From an uncultured Clostridia bacterium (GTDB lineage Bacteria > Bacillota > Clostridia > Oscillospirales > Ruminococcaceae), in NCBI GenBank assembly GCA_947089135.1, contig CAMUJF010000001.1, forward strand, positions 10,362 to 74,361: a stretch of 64,000 nt of DNA. The letters are read 5' to 3'. This document shows positions 48,456 through 56,217 of this stretch, piece after piece. How positions within the stretch are numbered: position 1 is the first letter of the stretch; every line of letters begins with the position of its first letter. A program made the position numbers and the translations under genes. Under the pieces are notes generated by a model. That model had not been told where the DNA came from. It searched no databases and saw nothing but the letters and a program-made list of their open reading frames with translations.

Positions 48456-48608
48456 CACACGCATAAATACAACATGATCCTTTTTAATTTTAAACTAAAA
48501 GCAGGGTCGGCGGCAAAATTGTAAATTTTGCAATAGAGTCTAGTATAAACGCAATGCGCGCCGAAGCACGCATTAACTGTCGAATATATGCTGTAACCTA
48601 TGTGTCCT

Positions 48609-49010
48609 TTAGGCGGGATTAACGATCTGCCGCCAGTCAAGGTCGCCTCTTTCAAGCGCATGGATAAGAGCCTCCGCAGTGGCGATATTGGTACCCACCG
48701 GAATGTTATGAACGTCGCAGAGCCTGAGCAGGTCGCGTTCGTTCGGCTCATGAGCCTTAGGCGTTAGAGGATCCCTGAAAAAGAGGAGCAAGTCGATTTC
48801 ATTGCAGGAAATGCGCGCGCTTATCTGCTGCGCTCCGCCCTGGGAGCCGCTCAGATACCGCTGTATGGTGAGTCCCGTAGCCTGTTCTACCATTTTTCCC
48901 GTCGTACCTGTGGCGCAGAGATTATGTCTTGACAGTACGCCGCAGTACGCAATACAGAACTGTACCATAAGTTCTTTTTTAGAATCGTGCGCGATCAAAG
49001 CTATATTCAT
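48609..49010 (-). CDS. mgsA: Methylglyoxal synthase
   Basis: 133 aa with [12 protein letters not shown]... and ..ATGTTG.. active-site region motifs. Confidence 0.93.
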   Translation of the reverse strand: MNIALIAHDSKKELMVQFCIAYCGVLSRHNLCATGTTGKMVEQATGLTIQRYLSGSQGGAQQISARISCNEIDLLLFFRDPLTPKAHEPNERDLLRLCDVHNIPVGTNIATAEALIHALERGDLDWRQIVNPA

Positions 49011-49138
49011 TATTTATCATTCCTCCCCTGTAAAAACTAAAGTAAAAAAGCGCGGAACAAATGCAGGATCGCATAATTTAAGCAGGAACGGTTATCCGCG
49101 GATAACGCGCCGCTGCGTCCCCCGACCGCAGTTTTCCG

Positions 49139-49885
49139 CTACTGGAGAAGTATCTTGAAGCTGAGGGGAACGTCCTCTCCCTTTATCCTCTTGGAGATAG
49201 CGTCAAAGGCCTTGAAAGCCAGTGAAGCCGACGGAAGCGGGATACCCTTGCCCGTGGAGACCACAACGTCGTTGTCGTTGGGGATAACGCCGATAAGCTG
49301 AACGCCTACGGTGTCTATTATAGAGTCAAGGTCGGGAATAAGATCCGCCTTGAAGATATCGGGATCTACCTTGTTTATGATAAGGCGCTGCTTCTTGTTG
49401 CCCCTCTTGTAGAACTCGTCGGACATAAGCCTTGCGTCGCGGACGCATATGGGGTCGGGAGTAGTGTTTATCAGGATAAGGTCTGATTGTTCAACAACGT
49501 CGAAAACGCTTTCGTTGGTACCTGCCGAGGTGTCTACGATTATGTATTCGTAGTACTTTCTCATCTCGTTGCAGATGCTTGAAATAGTTTCAGCGTCCAC
49601 CTTTGCAAAGGGGTCTTCGGGAGCGCAGACTATGCTCAGGTTGTTTGCGAGCTTTACCTGCGTGGTAGCCTTGTAAATATCGCATTCTCCCTTGAGAACA
49701 GAGCCCAGATCGTATTTAACGTCGTCCTTAACTCCCAGCATGATATCCAGGCAGCGGAGACCGAAATCCAGCTCTATGATGAGAGTTCTGTGACCCTGTT
49801 TAGCCAGTGCAAAGCCCAGCTCGGCGCATATAGAAGATTTGCCTGTGCCTCCCTTACCGGAGGTTATCGCAATGATTTTTGACAT
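49139..49885 (-). CDS. MinD-like ParA/MinD family ATPase (orphan)
   Basis: 248 aa with deviant Walker A SGKGGTGKSS and MinD-like ..DFGLRCLD... It has no C-terminal amphipathic helix, and no minC or minE is adjacent. Confidence 0.75.
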   Translation of the reverse strand: MSKIIAITSGKGGTGKSSICAELGFALAKQGHRTLIIELDFGLRCLDIMLGVKDDVKYDLGSVLKGECDIYKATTQVKLANNLSIVCAPEDPFAKVDAETISSICNEMRKYYEYIIVDTSAGTNESVFDVVEQSDLILINTTPDPICVRDARLMSDEFYKRGNKKQRLIINKVDPDIFKADLIPDLDSIIDTVGVQLIGVIPNDNDVVVSTGKGIPLPSASLAFKAFDAISKRIKGEDVPLSFKILLQ

Positions 49886-49967
49886 AAAAAAGCTCCTTTC
49901 CGAAACAGCGCAGTACTCAAAATTGGAATGAGCAAATTGAGCAGCAAAATAATATCAGCTAATTTAT

Positions 49968-49995
49968 ATTTTACCACAAAATGCGGATTTGTCAA
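49968..49995 (-). promoter_or_regulatory. sigma-A promoter of the MinD-like gene
   Basis: On the minus strand: TTGACA (49995-49990), a 16-nt spacer and an extended -10 TGGTAAAAT (TAAAAT at 49973-49968). Confidence 0.75.
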
Positions 49996-50174
49996 AGCGT
50001 TTTTAAACATTCTGCACAATTTTGTTGAGATGTTGATAAATGATTTGTGATTTTTGTGCAAATTCAACAAAACCCAAAGCAGCCTTTCAAACGGTATTGA
50101 AATAATTTCGCAAAGTGTGTAAAACGGCATATAAAACCAAATGATCCGCCCTGTCAGACATATACCGCCGTCAG

Positions 50175-52244
50175 TTAATCCGCAAGTCCCGCCATATCCT
50201 CTTCGGTCTTTGTTATGACAGGCTTCGGAACAACATAGTTCTTATTATAATATGCTTCAATAAGCTGTCTTATCATAAATTTGGAGTATTCGCCGTGCTC
50301 TACCATACCCGCAAACGCTATTTCGGGATCGTCGGCGGGATAGAAGCCTATGAACGCCGAGCTTGTGTCCTCCGCCGACGTCACCTGCGGAGTACCTGTT
50401 TTTATCGCCGCTTCTTTCGGCAGGTCGGTCAGCAGGTACGGCGTGTAGTAATCCCTCTGAGTCGGGTAGCCGTACTGAAGAAACGCCGCCGCCTGCTTCA
50501 TTCCCTGAGTAACAAGATCAAAGGTCTCTCCGGTCTTGTCGGGGATAGTCAGCGTTACCTGAGGTTCCGTTACCGAAACGACCTCCTCCATATTGTAGGT
50601 ATAAACGCTGTCCACAAGATGAGGCTGATATCTCACGCCCTTGTTTGCGATAGTGCTTGCCTGAACTGCCATTTGCAGGGGAGTGACCGCCGTTTCCGAC
50701 TGACCTATGGCTACCTGCACCACAAGTCCCGCCTGCCATTCCAGATTGGCTTGCTGCATGGTCTCGGGAGTAGCTATTTTGCCCTTTGCGCCGCCTGTTT
50801 CAAGATAGCAGTCGTCTCCCAGACCGTACTGATTGGCGTAGCTTTCTATCATATACGGCCCCATAAGCCTGCCCACTTCGTAAAAAAAGATATTGCAGGA
50901 CTTTTCTATAGCCGTAACAACGTTTATGCTGCCGTGCCAGCCTGTGCACCTGGGCTGGTAATCGTCCCAGTAGGTGTATTTGTTGCCGCAGAAAATGATA
51001 GTGCTTTTGTTTACAAGACCCTCGTTAAGGGCGGCGGTGGCAGTGACCGTTTTGAACGTTGAGCCGGGACGGTACAGACCGTTCGTTGCCCTGTTCACAA
51101 GAGGGGTATTCTCACGGTTTATGACCGAAGCGTAATCCGTAAGGTAATCGTTAAGGTCGTATGTGGGAGCGGTGGCGGCGGCAAGAAGCGCGCCTGTTTT
51201 AACGTCCAGCACAACGATAGCTCCCGCGTTGGCGTTTTCGCCCTTTTTGTTGTAGGAGGTCTGGTTGTTGAGCCAAAGAATGTGATTTTCCAGTATTGAC
51301 TGCACCTTTCTCTGGTAGTTCATATCAAGAGTGAGCTTTATGGTGTTTCCGGGAATTGCCTCCTCCGTTACCATATCGGAGACCACCGCGCCGTTTAAAA
51401 GCTCCAGCGTGCGCGTGCCTTTTGTGCCCCGGAGCTTGCTCTCCATAGCCTTTTCGATTCCCGACTTTCCTATAACGTCGTTGAGGGCGTAGCCGTTGGC
51501 TTTGTTTTCAGCGTACTCCTCCGCGTTTATTGCGCCTACCGTTCCTATAAGATGCGGAGCCACGTCTCCCGCGGCGTAAACCCTTATAGCCTCCTCGACA
51601 ATGTCCATGCCGTCAAGTGTATAGGCGGCCTCTTTCAGGCGGACAACCGTGTCCATGGGGATATCCTCCGCAAAGGTGTAGCGGTTGGAAAGCGAAAAGC
51701 TCCTGAGGAACATTTCGTACCGTACTCCTGCGATAATGCGCTTTTCCTCGTCGCTGAGGTTTTCGTCTATGCCGTATCGCTTATACATTTCGATAAGGCA
51801 GTCCTCTGCGGTGGCATAGTGCTGAAGCTCGATGTTTGTTCTCAGCTTTATAGCGTCGCCGTCTCTTGCCTCAAGGTAGCTGTAGGGACTTTCCTGCGTT
51901 ATGGGGAGCGTGTCTATCCACGCCACGCCGTCCTCTTTAAGAATGTTTGCGATACCGAGGATAACTCGGTTTATTTCGGCGTTGTCCGAGGGAAAGAACG
52001 CTTTTTCAATTACGACGTTGAAGCCTGTTTTGTTGCTGACTATCTCGTTTCCGTTCACGTCGACTATCTCTCCGCGCGGGGAGGTTATTATCTGGGACGC
52101 CTGTCGGGTGGTCTTGGCTTTTTCAAGGTATTCAGCGCCGTCTACCACCTGTATTTTCATAAGGTCTACCGCGCACAGTCCCATGGCTGCAAGGATTATT
52201 ATAAAGAAAAACGCCGCTCTCAGGCGTTCAAAAAATTTTCGCAT
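50175..52244 (-). CDS. mrdA: Penicillin-binding protein 2 (elongation transpeptidase)
   Basis: 689 aa with an N-terminal TM helix. Transpeptidase motifs are STFK, SCN and KTGT, with position after mreD. Confidence 0.92.
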   Translation of the reverse strand: MRKFFERLRAAFFFIIILAAMGLCAVDLMKIQVVDGAEYLEKAKTTRQASQIITSPRGEIVDVNGNEIVSNKTGFNVVIEKAFFPSDNAEINRVILGIANILKEDGVAWIDTLPITQESPYSYLEARDGDAIKLRTNIELQHYATAEDCLIEMYKRYGIDENLSDEEKRIIAGVRYEMFLRSFSLSNRYTFAEDIPMDTVVRLKEAAYTLDGMDIVEEAIRVYAAGDVAPHLIGTVGAINAEEYAENKANGYALNDVIGKSGIEKAMESKLRGTKGTRTLELLNGAVVSDMVTEEAIPGNTIKLTLDMNYQRKVQSILENHILWLNNQTSYNKKGENANAGAIVVLDVKTGALLAAATAPTYDLNDYLTDYASVINRENTPLVNRATNGLYRPGSTFKTVTATAALNEGLVNKSTIIFCGNKYTYWDDYQPRCTGWHGSINVVTAIEKSCNIFFYEVGRLMGPYMIESYANQYGLGDDCYLETGGAKGKIATPETMQQANLEWQAGLVVQVAIGQSETAVTPLQMAVQASTIANKGVRYQPHLVDSVYTYNMEEVVSVTEPQVTLTIPDKTGETFDLVTQGMKQAAAFLQYGYPTQRDYYTPYLLTDLPKEAAIKTGTPQVTSAEDTSSAFIGFYPADDPEIAFAGMVEHGEYSKFMIRQLIEAYYNKNYVVPKPVITKTEEDMAGLAD

Positions 52245-52312
52245 AGCGTTTTATCCTTTCGGGTATTTTAAATTGCCTGACTGCAAAACGCGGCAGGCGC
52301 GGATATGATAAA

Positions 52313-52357
52313 GCGGGACGGGAGCGCCGTCTCCTGCGTGTGTTCCCTGTCCCGCTA
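52313..52357 (-). repeat. GC hairpin overlapping the mreD stop codon (possibly related to repeat module B)
   Basis: On the minus strand: TAG-CGGGACAGGGAAC...TCCCGTCCCGCTTTAT. This is a 12-bp stem whose first base pair uses the G of the stop codon. Confidence 0.5.
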
Positions 52358-52930
52358 CTCTCTTACTATGTCGTCGGACTTTTCCTCGATGTAACTCTCG
52401 TCGATAAGACCGAAATGTCGTGAAAGAAATCTGATAAGAAAGAAAAAGGGTATTACCGCTATAGAGGTATAGATCATAACGGGCAGGAATTCGCCGGTGA
52501 AAATTTTTCCCGCCGAATCATACTCCCATATGGCGTAGTAAAAAAAGTAGTGTATAAACCCCTGCACAAGAACCGCCGCCGCGTTCAGCGCGATAATGTT
52601 AAGGATATGCCTGCGCATGAAAAAGTGGAAAAGCAGGGAAGCCGACAGACAGCACCACATCATAATAATACCGCTCAGACCGATAAGCGTGCCTTGGGCG
52701 GTGTCAAGGAGAAGTCCCGCCGCGCAGCCCATAAGCGCGGAATCAAAGGGTTCCTCAAACATTGCTATGCACATTGCCGCGGGAATGACAAAAAGCGGCG
52801 TGCGGAGCATAAACTGCTTCTGAGGCGCCGTTGTCATATATATATAGGATATCACAGTCAGCAGACCGTACAGTATCCATCTGATGACCGTGTTCCTTTT
52901 TTCCTTTTTTCGTTTCAGATCTATATTCAC
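52355..52930 (-). CDS. mreD: Rod shape-determining protein MreD
   Basis: Polytopic membrane protein downstream of mreC. The start is provisionally set to GTG 52930 (RBS AAAGGG 8 nt upstream). The ORF-track ATG at 53029 would add a low-complexity leader. Confidence 0.7.
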   Translation of the reverse strand: MNIDLKRKKEKRNTVIRWILYGLLTVISYIYMTTAPQKQFMLRTPLFVIPAAMCIAMFEEPFDSALMGCAAGLLLDTAQGTLIGLSGIIMMWCCLSASLLFHFFMRRHILNIIALNAAAVLVQGFIHYFFYYAIWEYDSAGKIFTGEFLPVMIYTSIAVIPFFFLIRFLSRHFGLIDESYIEEKSDDIVRE

Positions 52931-52943
52931 ATTAAGCACCCTT

Positions 52944-52978
52944 TTAGATGATAGAGAATAGAGGTTAGAGGATAGAAA
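52944..52978. repeat. tandem heptamer array (5 units) in the mreC-mreD spacer
   Basis: The plus strand reads TTAGATG ATAGAGA ATAGAGG TTAGAGG ATAGAAA. This is the same GAGGNTA-type unit as at 23504-23552, in opposite orientation relative to the operon. Confidence 0.8.
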
Positions 52979-53080
52979 ACAGGGCTTCACAAATTTGCAT
53001 GGGACGGATCTCCCGTTCCGTATCGGCATTTAGAGAATATGCGGGAGTGGACATCCTTTCCCTACAAACCCAATACCTAC

Positions 53081-53109
53081 GGTGCATGCGCCTGCGGGGA
53101 CTCCCCGCC
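53081..53109 (+). repeat. GC-hairpin repeat family, copy 6 (module B only)
   Basis: GGTGCATGCGCCTGCGGGGACTCCCCGCC ends 0-1 nt from the mreC stop codon (53110-53112). Confidence 0.65.
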
Positions 53110-53970
53110 TCAGCCCGCAGGGGCTCCCTGCCCGCCCTGCCCGTTGAAGCTGGTTATTACGAATACCGTTGAAACGTTGTCGGGGTCTATGGCAGGCTTT
53201 ATTACTGCGTACTTTGATAAGCCGCTGTCCTCCATACCTACTTCGGTAACCGTGCCGATAAGCTGATTTGCGGGAAAGGTCTCGCTTCCCGAGGTAACGA
53301 TTATGTCCCCCTCTTTAACGTCGGCGTTCTTGCTGATATAGCTCATGCGGCAGCAGCCGTTTTCGGCAAGCTCATAGTCCCCCTCGATGATACCTGTCGC
53401 CTTTGTGCGGACGATAGTCACTCCCACAGCCGTTTTCGGGGAGTACAGCGTGCGCACCCTGCTTGTGCTTCTTGCCACGTCGTAGCAGATACCCACCAGT
53501 CCCGAGGAAGTGATAACAGGATCATAGGGAGCGATCCCGTCGTCGCTGCCCTTGTCAATGGTAAATGAATGATACGGGTCGTTCGTGGTACGGGCTATTA
53601 CCGTGCATGGGGGAGAAAAAACGTAATCGTCGTATTCCTCCTTAAGTCCCAGCAGTACGCGGAGCTGCTCGTTCTCGCGGGTTATTTTGTCATAGTCTAT
53701 GATGTCGTTGTAGACCTCGTTAAGGGTCTCTTTAAGCTCAATGTTTTCTTTGTAGTACTTTTCCGCGTTGAAAAGCATATCCAGCGTAGAGGTCACCTTG
53801 TCTGATATCTGAGTAGATATCTTCTGAAAGGGCTCGAACAGAAAGCTGAACACCGACGCGCTGTCGGGGCTGTAGCCTCCCTGAGTGAGGCTGTAGACCG
53901 CTATGCCCAGAATCACAGCCATAAGCGCGGCAAGGATCTTAAATTTTGTTGTTTTAAAAAAATCCTTCAC
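53110..53970 (-). CDS. mreC: Rod shape-determining protein MreC
   Basis: 286 aa with an N-terminal TM helix, a coiled coil and a beta-barrel domain. It has a Gly-rich tail. Confidence 0.9.
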   Translation of the reverse strand: MKDFFKTTKFKILAALMAVILGIAVYSLTQGGYSPDSASVFSFLFEPFQKISTQISDKVTSTLDMLFNAEKYYKENIELKETLNEVYNDIIDYDKITRENEQLRVLLGLKEEYDDYVFSPPCTVIARTTNDPYHSFTIDKGSDDGIAPYDPVITSSGLVGICYDVARSTSRVRTLYSPKTAVGVTIVRTKATGIIEGDYELAENGCCRMSYISKNADVKEGDIIVTSGSETFPANQLIGTVTEVGMEDSGLSKYAVIKPAIDPDNVSTVFVITSFNGQGGQGAPAG

Positions 53971-54017
53971 CGCAGACTGCTCCTTTTCAGATGTTAAGGT
54001 ATCCGGTTGTCGTATAT

Positions 54018-54599
54018 TCAGCTGAAATACATGACCGCAAAAACGTCTGCCGCAAGACCGGCAGCGGACGCTATTGAGGAAAACGCCACCGTTTTTGTAC
54101 GGCTCAGCTTTTCCGAAAAAAATATTTTCTTTACCGCAAAGGCGATAAGAAACGCAGTGGCAGTTCTTATCAAAGCCGCCGCGATAAACGCTCCGGGACT
54201 GCGGTACCGCACCTTTTCATAATGGCAGGCGCAAACGTCGGGACTGCCGATATGCATTATCTCGTCAATTGACAAGGCAGCCCAAAAAGCCTGGAACGCA
54301 AGGAAAAGCTGTGATATCCCCAGGGACAGCAGCAGCGCTTCGGTGCCGTCGAGACAGCCGGAAAAGTATATTCCGCACATCAGAGCAAAAGCCGGGGGCA
54401 GAATCACAAACGCAAACTGCATGGTCGTTATTGCCAGCACCAGCGTTATCGCTCCGGTCAGAAAAGCCGCCGCAATGCCCATGGCAAAAAATTGAATTTT
54501 TGCGGTTTTCCCGATCGTAAGAAGAACAGCCACCAAAGCGGGCAATACAGCGCATATTACCCACAATATCTTTGCCGCCGTAAATAAAGCCCTGTCCAT
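54018..54599 (-). CDS. hypothetical polytopic membrane protein inserted between mreB and mreC
   Basis: 193 aa with about 5-6 hydrophobic helices. No motif was recognised. Confidence 0.55.
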   Translation of the reverse strand: MDRALFTAAKILWVICAVLPALVAVLLTIGKTAKIQFFAMGIAAAFLTGAITLVLAITTMQFAFVILPPAFALMCGIYFSGCLDGTEALLLSLGISQLFLAFQAFWAALSIDEIMHIGSPDVCACHYEKVRYRSPGAFIAAALIRTATAFLIAFAVKKIFFSEKLSRTKTVAFSSIASAAGLAADVFAVMYFS

Positions 54600-54646
54600 T
54601 TTGCGTCCCTCCGTTTGTCCCTATACCGACCGTGTACCGGAATAAA

Positions 54647-55663
54647 TCAGTAATACTTTGAATCGTCGTTAAGAACCTCGCGGAGCTTCTCAATGTCCTC
54701 CAGAACCTTGCCCGTGCCGTCCGCAACGCAGTCAAGGGGAGTCTCCGCAACGTTTACGGGCATACCGGTCTCCTTGTTGATAAGCTTGTCGAGACCGCGG
54801 ATAAGCGCTCCGCCGCCCGCAAGGGTAATGCCCTGGTCGATGATGTCCGCCGCAAGCTCCGGGGGAGTCTTTTCAAGAGTGACCTTTATAGCCTCCACAA
54901 CGTGGGAAAGGGGTTCTGCAAGAGCCTCCCGTATTTCCGCGGAGGTAACGTTGATATTTTCGGGCAGACCGTTCAAAAGGTTACGTCCCTTTATCTCCAT
55001 GTCGGACTCCTGCTCCATGGGGAAAGCCGAGCCGATAGCGATCTTAACGTTTTCGGCGGTGCGCTCGCCTATGAGCAGGTTGTATTTCTTCTTAATGTAG
55101 TTGATGATAGCGGTATCGAAAGCGTCTCCCGCCACTCTTACGGAACGGGAGGTAACGATTCCGCCGAGAGAGATAACGGCGACCTCGGAGGTACCGCCGC
55201 CGATATCCACGATCATGGAGCCCTGAGGTTCGGATACGGGCAGACCCGCGCCTATAGCGGCAGCCATAGGTTCTTCGATAATGTTTACTTTTTTTGCGCC
55301 CGCGTTTTCGGCAGCTTCCTTAACGGCGCGTCTTTCAACGGCTGTAACTCCAGAGGGGATACAGATGATAACGTGAGCCTTTGCGAACATAGACCCTTTG
55401 AGAGCTTTTTTAATAAACTCCTGGAGCATGGTGGTAGTTATCTCGAAATCGGCAATAACGCCGTCCTTAAGGGGTCTTACCGCGATGATGGAGCCGGGGG
55501 TACGTCCGATAACGTCCTTTGCCTCCTGACCCACGTATTTTGCGCGGTCTGTGCGGGTATCCACCGCAACTACCGACGGTTCGCGGATAATAATGCCCTT
55601 TCCTCTCATATATACAAGGGTATTCGCCGTACCCAGGTCTATGCCTATTTCTTTAGTAAACAT
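54647..55663 (-). CDS. mreB: Rod shape-determining protein MreB
   Basis: 338 aa actin-like ATPase with GIDLGTANT and DIGGGT. Confidence 0.97.
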   Translation of the reverse strand: MFTKEIGIDLGTANTLVYMRGKGIIIREPSVVAVDTRTDRAKYVGQEAKDVIGRTPGSIIAVRPLKDGVIADFEITTTMLQEFIKKALKGSMFAKAHVIICIPSGVTAVERRAVKEAAENAGAKKVNIIEEPMAAAIGAGLPVSEPQGSMIVDIGGGTSEVAVISLGGIVTSRSVRVAGDAFDTAIINYIKKKYNLLIGERTAENVKIAIGSAFPMEQESDMEIKGRNLLNGLPENINVTSAEIREALAEPLSHVVEAIKVTLEKTPPELAADIIDQGITLAGGGALIRGLDKLINKETGMPVNVAETPLDCVADGTGKVLEDIEKLREVLNDDSKYY

Positions 55664-55903
55664 TTTTTAACCTCCAATTTTATTTAAAACGTCGGAAATT
55701 CACAGCCGACGTGCAATCTGCCCGTTAACGCACTGTTAGTCCGTAAAATCGTCATATATACTATTATATCACGGAAAAGCCGTCTCTACAAGATTTTTTT
55801 AAACTTTTTTATCAAATTGTAATTTTTGTTTCCAATGTTAAACATTTTTTGTAGATTATCAATAATAGAAAATATTTATAGTACCTCTGGAGCGTCACAC
55901 ATA

Positions 55904-56125
55904 AAAAAGTGCCCCTGTCGGGGGAGACAGGGGCGGAGATCATGATATAGGATTATTGGGGGTTACCTCGGACCGTAGGGGTAAGCGATCCGAGGCTGAG
56001 GTCTTTTATATGGTTTTCACCTGACAGGCTTACGGGGTAAATAAGCCTGCATATAAAAGCACTTTTGGGGGGATCGTACCCGTTCTTTTGGGTACGGTTA
56101 TATAATACCCCGCATTTGTGTAAAT
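55904..56125 (-). ncRNA. candidate structured small RNA with C-rich loops (5-prime end uncertain)
   Basis: It lies between two minus-strand intrinsic terminators. Four hairpins are present, including CGTACCC/GGGTACG, CTTTTATATG[CAGGCTTA-TTTACCCCG-TAAGCCTG]..CATATAAAAG and CCTCGGA-..CTTACCCCTACGG-TCCGAGG. The terminator is GCCCCTGTC-TCCCCC-GACAGGGGC+ACTTTTTT. Confidence 0.5.
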
Positions 56126-56164
56126 TATGTGAAAAACCGCTGAAATCAAGGCGAAAAAATTGTG

Positions 56165-56209
56165 CAAAAAAGAAAACCGTACCGACAGTCTGCAAAACCG
56201 CCGGTACGG
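56165..56209 (-). terminator. Rho-independent terminator after the M23 peptidase gene
   Basis: On the minus strand: CCGTACCG-gcggttttgcagactgt-CGGTACGG followed by TTTTCTTTTTT. Confidence 0.8.
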
Positions 56210-56217
56210 CATAAATA

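Noticed and set aside
49091-49106. The perfect 16-bp palindrome GTTATCCGCGGATAAC between the MinD-like gene and mgsA.
   Set aside because: It is a single occurrence with no loop if folded and no T-tract, and I recognise no matching operator consensus. It could be an operator or chance, and I cannot support a call.
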